Below, one piece after another: positions 1-13,457 of a DNA stretch of 64,000 bases (its first letter is position 1; the number at the start of each line of letters is the position of its first letter). The position numbers and the translations under genes were made by a program. Source of the stretch: Eledone cirrhosa (lineage: Eukaryota). A model generated the notes under the pieces. The model was not told the origin of the DNA, did no database searches, and was given only the letters and a program-made list of their open reading frames with translations. The DNA is taken from assembly GCA_964016885.1 (NCBI GenBank), contig OZ024751.1:14570001-14634000 (forward strand). Reading direction: 5' to 3'.

Positions 1-233
1 TTTCACATTGCTCCAGTTTACTCAGCTGTAGAAATGAGATGATAGGGACTGGGATCCATATCATTCCACTGCAAAGTGGTCGTGGAGGTGCCACGGCAAA
101 AAAGCACGCAACACTCACTGTAAATGAGGTTGGTTTGAGGAAGGGCATCCAGCTGTAGAAATCAAGCCAGAATCAGTTCCCGCCCCACCCTTGCAAGCAG
201 GGAAAAGCGGATGTAAAAATGATGATGATGATG
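1..233 (+). mobile_element. tRNA-derived SINE family A, 5' part cut by window edge
   Basis: Near-identical to the full copies at 20253 and 52024; ends in a (GAT)n tail. Confidence 0.9.
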
Positions 234-505
234 ACCACCAATACTAGTTTTACATTACATGACCACCAATACTAGTTTTACACTACTAACAACCACCGAT
301 ACCAGTTTTACACTACTAACGACCACCAATACTAGTTTTACATTACTAATGACCACCAATACTAGTTTTACACTACTAACGACCACCAATACCAGTTTTA
401 CACTACTAACGACCACCGATACCAGTTTTACACTACTAACGACCACCAATACTAGTTCTTCACTACTAACGACCACCGATACCAGTTTTACATTACACGA
501 CCACC
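234..505. repeat. 30-bp minisatellite (gaccaccaatactagttttacactactaac)n, ~9 copies
   Basis: Direct tandem repeat; explains ORFs 255..476 and 259..510. Confidence 0.9.
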
Positions 506-883
506 TATAATAGTTTTACATTAGTCACGCTAAATATATTTAAAATTAAATATAGAATTTTAATTATAATAAAGCAGACTGTCTAAGCAATGTGGATTCT
601 TCTTTCTATTATATTTGATTGCTCGAGCTACAAACTAAACTATATTTACTTACAATATTGACTGTTTTCATGTACAAATGAAATATAAGATTCTTAATCT
701 CTTTGTTCACTGTTGAGTCTGGCTGGTTTGTATAGTGACTAACTTGGTCACAATATCAATACAACAGCATTAACAGGTTGTAAGAGATGGGGTGGGGTGG
801 TAAGATATACCATTGTGACTACTGTGTGTGTGTGTGTATATATATATACACACATCCATATTTATATGTATATATATATATAT

Positions 884-1220
884 GATGGCTGCCCCTTCGT
901 TATCGAGTATGGCCATTGCATGATATACCATTATTAATAATTATTAATTAATTCTATTATGCAATGCCTGAAGATATTTTTTAAAGTGAGGAAAGACTGT
1001 GCACTGAACCAATCCCACTCTCTGAGCAACAGTAGCTATAACCCGAAAAGATGAAAAGATCAACATCATCGGTAACTACTGAGCCGCAGGTTTTATGTCG
1101 GAGTTATCCCAGTTTCCTGAGTTGTCTTCTCCTAGAAGAATGCCCTGTCAAAGACTAGGGGTCCTTTGTGGTTTAACCACGCGATCGGGTGTCCAGCCCA
1201 ACTATTTCTATGTCCCCGCG
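884..1220 (-). mobile_element. Interspersed repeat related to 2849-3455 (probably non-autonomous, retroposon-derived)
   Basis: ttctcctagaagaatgccctgtcaaagactagggg is similar to the reverse complement of cccttagcctttgtcaaggcagaattctaggagaa at ~3058; flanked by TA-rich repeats. Confidence 0.45.
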
Positions 1221-1239
1221 CATATACATACATACACAC

Positions 1240-1930
1240 CATCATCATCATCATCATCATCGTTTAACGTCTATCTTCCACGCTAGCATGAGTTTAGACG
1301 GGAATTGTCCCATGTGAAGCAGGATTGGTTGTCTTGTGGGTTTTCTACGGCTGGATGCCCTTCCTAACACGAACCACGTTTACAGTGTGGACTGGGAGGT
1401 TTTTACCGTGTTACCTACATGGCCATATTACAGCGTGGACTGTGTTTTTTTGTTGTGACACCTACACGATCTCATTTATTTAGGACTGGATGTTGTGGTA
1501 CCAACATAACTTTACAGAGAAAGGGATGGTGTTGATGGGGGTGGGGGTAGGGGTAGTGGGATAGGGGTGTATTTTGGTAAGAGGTGCCTACTGACTGTAG
1601 GTTTCGCTTTGTCCTTAGGCAAGGCGGGTCTTCTGTATTACTGCGTAGCGCCAAAGATCTCGGTCCAGTGACATTGTCTTGGAGAGGTGTAAGTGTGTAA
1701 GGTCGGAATTTATCAAATCGTCCCAGGTTTTTCTGGATCTGCCTACTCCGTAGCTTCCATCTATTTTGATCGCCCTGCACTTTCTTATACAGCTGTCGTC
1801 TTTCATGCGCATCACGTGACCGTACCAATGTAGTCCTCTCTCGAGTAAACAGCATCTGATCCCTCTTATTCATAATTTCTCCCTTAGTTCGTTTATGCTT
1901 TGCTGTTCACGTATATTACTATTACACATA
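1240..1930 (-). mobile_element. 5'-truncated RTE LINE copy (ORF C-terminus, 3'UTR, (GAT)n tail)
   Basis: ORF 1615..1815 ([31 protein letters not shown]...) matches the C-terminus of ORF 13771..15813; 5' junction falls in TA/CA repeats. Confidence 0.92.
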
Positions 1931-2794
1931 CATATATATATATCCATATCTATCTATGTATCTATATATATATATATGTATATATATATATACACACAGA
2001 TATATATATATATATATACACAGATATATATATATATATATACACACAGATATATATATACACACAGATATATATATACACACAGATATTTCTGAAGATG
2101 GCGGGTAGTGAAGACATATGTATTTTTTCTTACTATGATATTTTGTAATATGTTTTACATAGATCAATAATTATATTGAACATGCAGAGGACTAACCCCC
2201 CCCCCCCCCCCCAGAAACGATCATAAAATAATGAGTTTTACTATGAATTAACAGTTTTGTGTTTAATTTCATTGTTATAATATTTCTCTCTCTCTCTCTA
2301 TATATATATATATACATGTGTAGGTATATTGGGGTTCAATGTGAGCAAGCTATTTATAGATGTAATATGGTGGTGGCTAATGAAATGGGAGTCATGTTGG
2401 GAAGGGAAGAAAAAAAGACAGACAGTCGAATTAGTTGGATCAATTGTTATAAAGAATGGTGTGTGTATACGTGTGTAGCCATGCCTGCGTATATAACAGC
2501 TGTAGAATAGTTAAACAGAGATTCAATAGAAACTGAGGAATGAATTAATATAATAAATATATATACATGCATATATTTATATGTGAATATATACATGTGT
2601 GTGTGTATATATATATATATATATACATGCATATATTTATATGTGAATATATACATGTGTGTGTGTATATATATATATATGTATGTATGTATATATATAT
2701 AGATGGGTGAGAGAAAGAGTAGGGAGAGAGGATGGCATTGATAAATAATATACATACACACACACATATTTATTTATGTATATAGATATGTCCC

Positions 2795-2827
<33 letters not shown>

Positions 2828-2848
2828 ATATGTATATATGTATGTATG

Positions 2849-3455
2849 TCAGGTCACCAGTTGATGCTACTGGTAACATGTATCCCAGTACAACCTGTCT
2901 CATGGTCGGGTCGTTGGCGACTAAACTGGCAACCCCACCAAGGTTTCTTGGTGAGGAGGGTGACTTTGGACATCCTGCAGGACTAAAAACAAAACCTGTC
3001 AAAGGGCAAAGGAGCTCTTAAGAGTCAATGGCCATCCAAAATCACCGGGAGAGATGACCCCTTAGCCTTTGTCAAGGCAGAATTCTAGGAGAAGGAAAAC
3101 TCTGATATAACACCTGCAACCCTGATGGTATCCAATGATGTTGACTTGTTATTCTTTTTGGTAAATATCATCTTGGTTAAGAGAGTGGGACTGGCTTTGT
3201 GCAGTGCCTTTGCTCACTATAAAAGCTTCACGGCACAGGCATTGCTTTATATCTGGAGATCTCTCTGCACTTGTCGTCACATGGTACCATGGGCCCAGCA
3301 CTATGTGTCAATAATTGTCACAGGTGTAGTGTTTGTACCAGAGTTTTCAAGTCGCTGGCTGGACTAAAAAGTCACACTTGTTCAGCGCATCGGTAGGGGT
3401 TCTCCTACATGGATATAAAGTAGTGGCCGTACTCGAAAACGAGTTGGCAGCCGCC
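2849..3455 (+). mobile_element. Interspersed repeat, possibly RTE 5'UTR-like non-autonomous element
   Basis: GC-richer block inserted in (TATG)n/(TA)n; related copy at 884-1220; no ORF. Confidence 0.4.
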
Positions 3456-4003
3456 ATATATATATGTATGTATGTATGTATATATGTAAACATATATATG
3501 TATATATATATATATCGAGCCGTGTCTGCCTGTAAATAAATAAATACACATACATACAGATGACACACATACACATACATACATACAGATGACACACATA
3601 CACATACATACAGATGACATACACACACACAGATGACATTGATATATGGCTGCAGATGGCTTTAAAATAGACAGATGTTTGAATATACATTACAAATTAA
3701 TAAGAATGCAGATAAAAAGGAATCTCTCTCTGTAAAGCATTGCTGTGACATTTCCATTTAACCTGGTGACCAATTCTAAATAATATATTGATTGTCAGTG
3801 GGAATGGAAGATTAAGAATGGAGATTGTTTCCAAACATCCAGTCAAAAGTATTCTACAACTCAAGAAACACTATAAGTTCATTAAATTTCAGAAAATCTG
3901 ATTTTCTCTTATATCTTTAAAGGATTAACTTAGTCTATAATCACATTTGTTATATTATCATTATCATCATTATTATTACTATTATCACATTTATTATTAT
4001 TAT

Positions 4004-4245
4004 CACCTCCCAGCCTACACTGGACGTGTAAAAGACAAGCAAAAAGCACCCAGTCCACACTGTAAATGTGGTTGGCGAGAGGAAGGGCATCCAGCTGTAG
4101 AAAACCAGCCAGAAACACCCCTATATGAACGAGACACAGTCACCTGACCCAACTTGCCTCTAAATAGGACCTGTCTAACCCATGCTAGAGTGGAAGATAG
4201 ACGTTAATCACTGATTATTATTATTATTATAGTATTATTATTATA
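4004..4245 (+). mobile_element. RTE 3'UTR fragment with (ATT)n tail
   Basis: cacactgtaaatgtggttggc...aagggcatccagctgtagaaaacc...ccatgctag...gacgttaa matches 15990-16150. Confidence 0.75.
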
Positions 4246-4415
4246 ATGAAATTCACAGGGAATAAAAAAAAAATTTGTTGTAACGAAAAATTCTTTTTAA
4301 CGAGATCGACCTAATGCATCAAGCATGTGGCCGGGAATTGAAAAAAATTTTGTTATACTGAAAAATTCCGTATAACGAAATTTTACCTGTTTTATTATTA
4401 TTATTATTATTATTA

Positions 4416-4695
4416 TCATCATCAAAGACCCCCTTCGGTCATAAAGAAAGTTGCACCTAGAAAGTTTCCCTCCAAGGCACAAGTCCAGGCAAGGTTGTTT
4501 GTGGAAGACCAGCAGTCGTTCATGCATACCAGTCTCCCCCTCTCCACGCCACTAATGATGTTCAAGGGAAAGGCCATGGCCGATACAGCTTGGCACCAGT
4601 GACGTCGCAACTCATTTCTACAGCTGAATGAACTGGAGCAATGTGAAATAAAATGTCTTGCTCAAGGACACAACGCATCACCCAGTCTGAGAATG
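4416..4695 (-). mobile_element. SINE family C (shared core, different tail)
   Basis: Core ctcatttctacagctga...ggagcaatgtgaaataaa..gtcttgctcaagg shared with family A; second copy at ~9860-10150. Confidence 0.8.
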
Positions 4696-5195
4696 GCAGT
4701 TGATAGTAAGCTCTTCAGTGAAATAAACCTTTCCCAATCCCAGTAAAGGTCCATAGAAGTGGTGGATAGCTTCTGCTACCCAGATGAAATAATTACCTGT
4801 GAAAGTGTGTGTGTGTGTTTGGAGTGTTCCAAGAACATAGCAGCTAGAATAAGTCATGCTATACAAAGTCAACCTTAATTATGAGTAATGGCTGTAGTCT
4901 CATTGTTAGATGAAACTATAAGTGACATATGTCATTATCATATTATAGTTTAGAGTGGTACAGAGGCCAGGTGTATAACTACATCCAGATGTAATGGCAC
5001 AGCTAGATATGTTGTGGTTGCACAGCCAGATGTGATATGGTTGCGCAGCCAGATGTTATGTATATATAAATAATATTTACTGAATTTAAGTATGGCTAGA
5101 TTGCTTAAAAGTTTCCTTTGCATTAAATTGTGGATACAATTTCAATTCCCCGAGTGACATCTTGAACAAGTGTCTTTTATCCCAAACCCCTAGAT

Positions 5196-5445
5196 CAGAG
5201 GTTCACAAACTTTTTGCCCTACTCACAGCCACATAATATCCTCAGCAACGCCCAACCCCATTTCCAGAGAGACCTGCCTACACGCAAATTGTAAATAATA
5301 TATAATATATAATAAATAACTAAATATTATATATTTTTTTATTTTACTATATTTATATATAATATGTATCATTTGACATTTAATATACTATTATATCATC
5401 TCTACCGCCACCTGGGTGTAGTCGTGCCCACTTTGAGAACCACTG
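5196..5445. mobile_element. hAT (Charlie-like) MITE inserted in an older SINE remnant
   Basis: TIRs cagaggttcacaaa / tttgagaaccactg; degenerate 8-bp flanks ccctagat/acatcgat; internal remnant also at ~9540-9775. Confidence 0.65.
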
Positions 5446-5480
5446 ACATCGATGAACACAAGTCAATGGAAATTGTTTAA

Positions 5481-5873
5481 CCCTTTACCATTTACATTAC
5501 TCTATATAATCTATTGTATTTTTGTGGTAAAGGCTTTATCTTGCATAACTATCTCACATAATATCGAATCTATGAGATTTTGATATTTAATTGGCAGTAT
5601 CGGTAGAGGGTCTGACAACATGCTTTGCAGCAAAGAGTCACAGCCCTTTATGGTCTGAGTTCAAATCTCGTGAGGTTAACTTTGAGGTTTAACTTTGCTA
5701 AAATAAAGCACCAGTAATACACTGGGATAATTGCTGGTCTTGTGCCAAAAGTAGAAATAATTATTTATTTTGAAAACAATACTTTAACATAAGTATGAGC
5801 AGCTGGTTACAGCCGGTTTGAACAGAAAGAGATGAGAGAATTTTAGCCGGATATGGCCAGTTTAAATGCCAAG
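5481..5873. mobile_element. piggyBac-type MITE interrupted by SINE B (~5591-5762)
   Basis: TTAA|CCCTTT terminus; body is the reverse complement of copies at 8372, 22615 and 54368. Confidence 0.7.
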
Positions 5874-6349
5874 ACTTGCCTGATGGATTGCAACTTAATT
5901 TAAAGGGCCATCCTTGTCATATATAAAGATTTGTCCAGAGAATTACATTAAGGGTACAAGTGTCTGTGGAATACTCAGCCACTTAGATGCTAATTTAATA
6001 AGTATGATGTTCAATTGACCAGATAACTGAATGGAAATGGTCATTATTGATATCAATCGACAAGCCAATAGTAATATCATTAATGACATTACAAATGAAC
6101 GTCAATAAGTCTAAATGGTATAGAAAGCTCAATCAGTGAACATAGATCATGTCATATGAAAGATAAACCATGACTTGTTATGTTTCTATGGTAACAAAGC
6201 TACTAGTGTTGATAAATATTCAATTCTAAGATGAAGGATATGTCGTTACATATCCAGAGTTGTGTGTTGCAGAGAGAAATTCTTCTAAATTATTCATGCA
6301 GTGTTTAGAAAAGTTGAATTTCAAATGTCAGACTATACTTCATTCAATC

Positions 6350-6762
6350 TACAGACATCTTGATATGGTAAATTACTGAGGAATTCTACAGAAAACTTGA
6401 TATGGTAAATTACTGAGGAATCCTAAAGCTAAAGACATTTTGATATGGTAAATTACTGTGGAATCCTTCAGACATGTTGATATGGTAAATTATTAAGGAA
6501 TCGTAAAGACATGTTGATATGGTAAATTATTAAGGAATCGTAAAGACATGTTGATATGGTAAATTAGTGCGGAATTCTACAGACATCTTGATATGGTAAA
6601 TTACTGTGGAATCCTTCAGACATGTTGATATGGTAAATTATTAAGGAATCGTAAAGACATGTTGATATGGTAAATTACTGAGGAATTCTACAGATATGTT
6701 ATGGTAAATTATTGAGGAATTATAGAGACATTTTGGTATGGTAAATTATTGAGGAATTCTAC
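6350..6762. repeat. ~37-bp minisatellite (gacatgttgatatggtaaattactgaggaattctaca)n
   Basis: About 11 tandem copies. Confidence 0.9.
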
Positions 6763-8245
6763 ACTTGCTGTAATTCCATTTCACAGCAGCAGATATCATT
6801 AAATATCGACAAATTTTTCAGTTCCTTGGAGAGTTCATATTAGGAATTATGGTAGATTGTTTCATCCTGTCCGTTCTTGCATAAAGTCAAACACTCCACT
6901 ACCACCACCATCTTCATAAAGTCAAACACTCCACTACCACCACCAACACCACCTTCATAAAGTCAAACATACCACCACCAACATCACCGCCATAAAGTCA
7001 CTCCCCAACACCACCAACACCACCTCCATAAATTCAAACTCACTATCACCAATGGCTATTACTATAACCACCACCACTACCTCCACCACCATCTGGCAGA
7101 AGCTAACTTGTGATAAATGAAGACAGCCACCAAAGTTGTTTGTTAAACTCACCATTTCTAAGCCCCACCCCCACCATTCCTTACTCTCTATCCTATCCCC
7201 CTCCCCATTCCTTACTCTCTACTCCTAACACCCTCCCCCTACTCCCTCACCGTTCACCCCCCCCCCCCCCACAATACAAACACCTACTTCTACACCCACA
7301 ACTGTACATATGTTATTATTTTAATCATCAAATTCCGCCAAGGTTAACTTTGCCTTTCATCCCTACGGGGTCAATAAAATAAAGTACCAGTAATGCACTG
7401 AGTAATTGCTGGCCTTGTGCCAAAAGTAGAACCAATTATTTTAATCCAACCTTACCAGGCTGGTGCTTATCCCAGTTTCCATGGCATTAAAAGATTACAA
7501 GACACCCCACCACCTGGAAACAATGCCAGTCCACTGCAAGGTTAAACCCCCAGCTATTGCTGGTACTCATTTTCAGCTGAGTATACTGAAGCAACAAGAA
7601 ATGAAGTGTTTTGCTCAAGATAAACAACACACAACCCAGTCCAACAATTGAACCCACATTATGATCATAAGTCCAGCACCCTTACCATTCAGCCATGTGC
7701 CTCCCATCTAACAAAGTGGTACTATGTTAAATCCTTTTTTTAAACATCCATAAATACTTTACCAAAGTCAATTTGTAAGAAAAGGTTTTATTGCAGGAAA
7801 TATTTAATTATTAAATAAGTATTGATAGTTAACTAGAAACACATTACCAGAAATAACTATATCTAATTAAGTATTGCTAGTTAAACACCTTGTCAGAAAT
7901 ACTTAACTATTACTAATTAAGCAGTTAGTTAACTAAAATTATTTAACCAGAAATACTTTATTTCTAATTAAGTATTTCCAGTTAACTACAAACATTGTCC
8001 CAGAAATACTTAACTATTACTATGTATTGCTGGTCAACAAGAAACACCTTAACAGAAATATTTAACCAGAAATACTTTATTTCTAATTAAGTATTTCTAG
8101 TTAGCTACAAATACTGTGCCTGAAATACTTAACTATTTCTGGTTAAGTATTACTAGTTAACTCCACCTAGTAATTGACTCTTTAAGTGTATTTTTGCTGA
8201 GAAGTTAATAGTGAAAGTATAGAAAGTTAGTAAAAGAGCAGTTAC

Positions 8246-8333
8246 CTGGGAGGTGCCCAGTCGTGTTTTGTAGCATCCAGAAGTGTTCCTACATAAGTCT
8301 TTCCTCTCCATGTGACGTTGATGACAAGAACAC
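8246..8333 (-). CDS. ZNF608: Internal coding exon of ZNF608/ZNF609/scribbler(brakeless) homolog: (G)[28 protein letters not shown](R)
   Basis: 88-nt exon; acceptor ttttgtgtcttattttacag|GTG, donor CCCAG|gtaact; starts in phase 1, matching the exon at 39161-39317; peptide matches the conserved ZNF608/609 motif [30 protein letters not shown]. Confidence 0.95.
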
Positions 8334-8371
8334 CTGTAAAATAAGACACAAAAAAAAAAATCAATGAATAT

Positions 8372-8897
8372 TTTAGCATTTAAACTGGTCATATCCAGGC
8401 CAGAATTCTCTCACCTCTTTCTGTTCAAACCAGCTGTAACTGGCCACTCATACTTATATTAAGGTAGTATTCTCAAAATCTCATAGATTAGATATTATGT
8501 GATATAAAGCTTTTACCATGAAAATACAATAGTAAATATAGAGTAATGTAAATACTAAAGGGTTAAACCGCCCGCAATCAGCCACTCATACCAATGTTAC
8601 GGTATTATTCTCAAAATAAATAATTGTGTATACTTTTGGCACAAGGCCAGCAATTACCCCAGTGCATTACTGGTACTTTATTTTCTCGACCTCCCCATAA
8701 GGATGAAAGGCAAAGTTAACCGCGGTGGGATTTGAACTCAGAACACAAAGCACCATAACTCTGTGTGGTAAAGCATGGTGTCTAATGTTCTACCGATACT
8801 GCCAATCCACCAACTTTGAAATTATGGGAAATAATTATGTGAAATAAAGGGTTTACCATAAAAATAGTAAATATAGAGTAATGTAAATGCTAAAGGG
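8372..8897. mobile_element. Two adjacent piggyBac-type MITE copies, the second interrupted by SINE B (~8628-8812, minus)
   Basis: Both end AAAGGG|TTAA (8562, 8897); body matches 22615-22824. Confidence 0.7.
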
Positions 8898-9796
8898 TTA
8901 ATTGAAGCGTGGTAAATTGGCAAGGTCATTAGAACATCAGTTAGAATACTTCGCGGTATCCAATATGGCTTTCTGGGCTATCTGAGTTCAAATCCCACTG
9001 ATGTCAACTTTGTCAATCGAGGTTGCTAAAAAAAAAAAAGTATCAGTCCAGTACAGGGGTCGATTTTTCCTCTATATCTCTTTCTCACTTTCACTCTTTC
9101 TCCTTCTCTGGAAGAAATCAGCTGAGTTCAGAGCTGGGGAGATGGGAGGGGCACCACCAGGTGTAAAATGTGCAGGACACTAACTAGAGTGACCTTATGA
9201 CTCCATTGAAAGTTACAAATTCATACATACATAAATACACAGAGAGATACATACATACATACATACATACATACATACATACAACATAAATAAATAAATA
9301 CATACATATATTACACTACATTACTGGTAATAACAGTGGTAAATATTACATTAGTTGGCAGTAATCTTCCATTATTTGGCAGAAATAAGTTGAGCAATAT
9401 ATAATATTGTAAATATAAAATGAAAAGGTGTTGGCATGTAACCACATTCCAACTTGACAGACCAGGTGGAAGACAGTTTAGTCCCAGGTCAGTTTTGGTT
9501 ACTGTTTAGACCCAGGTCAGTTTTGATCAAGTAGACCAGAGGCCACATAACACCCCCCCTCCCACCCCTATTTCCAGAGAGACCAGTCTACACATAAATT
9601 CTAAATAATATATAATAAATAAAATCGTTAATTTATATATAATAAATAATATATATACTATGTATAAATAAATATTATATATTTTTATATATAATAATGT
9701 ATCATTTGATATTTAAAGTATTATCATATAATCTCTACGCACCCCCCCCCCTCCTTAGGCCCCAGCGCCACCTGGACCTTCTCTCTCTCTCTACAT

Positions 9797-9859
<63 letters not shown>

Positions 9860-9863
<4 letters not shown>

Positions 9864-10150
9864 GGTAAAGACCTCCATCAGTCACGAATGTCGATGGGTT
9901 TTGTACCTAGAAATTTCCCTTCCAAGGTAGAAGCTCCTGTTTTGTGGAAGACCAGCAGTTGCCATGTATACCAGTCTCCCCTCTCCATGCCATCAATGGA
10001 AAGGCAATGGTGGGGCCGATGCAGCTTTGCACCGGTGACGTTGCAACTCATTTTTACAGCTGAATAAACTGGAGAAATGTGAAATAAAGTGTCTTGCTGA
10101 AGGACACAATGCACTATCTGGTCCAGGAATCAAACTCAAAACCTCTGAGC
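9860..10150 (-). mobile_element. SINE family C copy
   Basis: Matches 4416-4695. Confidence 0.7.
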
Positions 10151-10189
10151 CTTCACTATATATATAAGTGTGTGTGTGTGTGTGTGCAT

Positions 10190-11877
10190 AATGCCCATGT
10201 TACACTACCACACACAGTCCACTATATACACTGTCATGTTACACTACCACACACAGTCCTCTATATACACTACCACACACAGTCCACTATATACACTGCC
10301 ACGTTACACTACCACACAGTCCTCTATATACACTACCACACACAGTCCACTATATACACTGTCATGTTACACTACCACACACAGTCCTCTATATACACTA
10401 CCACACACAGTCCACTATATACACTGTCATGTTACACTACCACACACAGTCCTCTATATACACTACCACACACAGTCCACTATATACACTGTCATGTTAC
10501 ACTACCACACACAGTCCTCTATATACACTACCACACAGTCCACTATATACACTGTCATGCTACACTACCACACACAGTCCTCTATATACACTACCACACA
10601 CAGTCCACTATATACACTGTCATGTTACACTACCACATACAGTCCTCTATATACACTGCCATGTTACACTACCACATACAGTTCTCTATATACACTGCCC
10701 ATGTTACACTACCACATACAGTCCTCTATATACACTGTCATGTTGCCATGTTACACTACCACACACAGTCCTCTATATACAGTGCCATGTTACACTACCA
10801 CACACAGTCCACTATATACACTGCCATGTTACACTACCACACACAGTCCACTATATACACTCATGTTACACTACTACATACAGTCCACTATATACACTGC
10901 CATGTTACACTACCACCTACAGTCCTCTATATACACTGCCATGTTACACTACCACATAATTCCTCTATATACACTGTCATGTTACACTACCACATAGTCC
11001 TCTATATACACTGCCATGTTACACTACCACCTACAGTCCTCTATATACACTGTCATGTTACACTACCACATAATTCCTCTATATACACTGTCATGTTACA
11101 CTATCCCATACAGTCTATATACACTGTCATGTTACACTACCACCTACAGTCCTCTATATACACTGTCATGTTACACTACCACCTACAGTCCTCTATATAC
11201 ACTGTCATGTTACACTACCACCTACAGTCCTCTATATACACTGTCATGTTACACTACCACACACAGTCCTCTATATACACTGTCATGTTTCCCTACCACA
11301 TAAGCCCTCCATATACACTGTCATGTTACACTACCACACACAGTCCTCTATATACACTGTCATGTTACACTACCACACACAGTCCTCTATATACACTGCC
11401 ATGTTACACTACCAAACACAGTCCTCTATATACACTCATGTTACACTTCCACAGTCCTCTATATACACTGCCATGTTACACTACCACACACAGTCCTCTA
11501 TATACACTGCCATGTTACACTACCACACACAGTCCTCTATATACACTGTCATGTTACACTACCACATAAGTCCTCTATATACACTGTCATGTTTCCCTAC
11601 CACACAGTCCTCCATATACACTGTCATGTTACACTACCACACACAGTCCTCTATATACACTGCCATGTTACACTACCAAACACAGTCCTCTATATACACT
11701 CATGTTACACTACCCCATACAGTCCTCTATATACACTGTCATGTTACACTACCCTATACAGTCCTCTATATACACTGCCATGTTACACTACCAAACACAG
11801 TCCTCTATATACACTGCCATGTTACACTACCAAACACAGTCCTCTATATACACTGCCATGTTACACTACCAAACACT
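10190..11877. repeat. 39-bp minisatellite (catgttacactaccacacacagtcctctatatacactgt)n with 26-bp variants
   Basis: Tandem array; gives the 13-aa periodic ORFs MLHYHTQSSIYTV. Confidence 0.95.
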
Positions 11878-12236
11878 ATAACACAAGCCCTACAATTATA
11901 TAAACTGCCTCTCATTGAAGAAGATCCTTTCTTGCTAACTGAAATATGTTAGCCCCCCACCCCACCTCCCCCTCTTCTCAACCCAGCCACCAGGCTATCC
12001 ATTAACTCCATCCCAGCACTAATTATATCACCTAGGTAACAAGACATCTCATTAGTCCAGAGTGCTCATTTTATTCTGCACATTATTTCACTGCCTAAGT
12101 ATGTACACATTACAAATATGTGTGTGTACACACACACACATATATATACATACATACATACACAGACATTATATATATAATGATATATATATATATATAT
12201 ACATATTTATATTCACACACATACATATAAGCATAC

Positions 12237-12300
<64 letters not shown>

Positions 12301-12567
12301 CATACATACATAGACACACACAGACGCTGCATGTATGTATAATCAATCATCTGATGTCAGATGTGATAAAATATTAACCACACCTACAAATATACTCTCT
12401 TTTGCTCTCTCTTTCTCTATTCTACACCATATCTACTAGAACTGAGTGTATATAGATAAATGTTCATATACACACTATCTTGTCAGCATGAGCTAGAGCA
12501 AAAACAAAATTGATAACACATTTGTATACAACATATATGGATGTTTATATATATTATACAATGTATG

Positions 12568-12645
<78 letters not shown>

Positions 12646-12953
12646 TATATAATCATAGAATGTGTTTATATATATATATAATTAGCAATTTAATTCTAAA
12701 AGGGTGTTACCTGCACATGTCCCCAAACATGTATACACACTTCAAAAGCACTCTAATCAAAGTGTGTGTGCGTGTGTCTGTCTGTGTGTCTCTGTGTGTG
12801 TGTCTGTCTCTATGTGTGTGTGTGTGTGATAGATGTACTTATACACCGATGTATTCATATACTCTCACTGCAATCATCTTACTATTTCATGTGTGTTTAC
12901 ACTTGAGTGGTGGCAGGTTGTGATGGTGAAATATATATATATGAGTGTGTGTG

Positions 12954-12996
<43 letters not shown>

Positions 12997-13109
12997 GTAA
13001 GGCTTCTGCAGTTTGTGTCTCCCAATTTACACTGACAAAGCACTGGTCAACCTGAGGCTATTGTAGAAGACACTTGTCCAACATACACAGTCAGAAAATA
13101 GAGTGTGGC

Positions 13110-13147
13110 AGAGACACAGATATACAGATACATAGATAAACAAACAT

Positions 13148-13203
<56 letters not shown>

Positions 13204-13321
13204 ATACAGATAGATAAACAAACATTACTATATATATATATATATATATAGTAATACAGATACGTAGATAAACATTACTATATATATATATATATAGTAA
13301 TACAGATAGATAGATAAACAT

Positions 13322-13373
<52 letters not shown>

Positions 13374-13395
13374 ATACAGATAGATAGATAAACAT

Positions 13396-13452
<57 letters not shown>
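13110..13452. repeat. Compound repeat: gtaatacagatagataaacattac alternating with (TA)n
   Basis: About 5 units with variable TA length. Confidence 0.8.

Positions 13453-13457
<5 letters not shown>

Noticed and set aside
6350-6762. Repeated CTGAGGA (hammerhead core-like) in a 37-bp minisatellite
   Set aside because: No stem II, GAAA or stem I partner; coincidental
10094-11952. Long ORFs (up to 491 aa) with His/Tyr/Thr periodicity
   Set aside because: Open in several frames because the 39-bp unit lacks stops; minisatellite, not a gene
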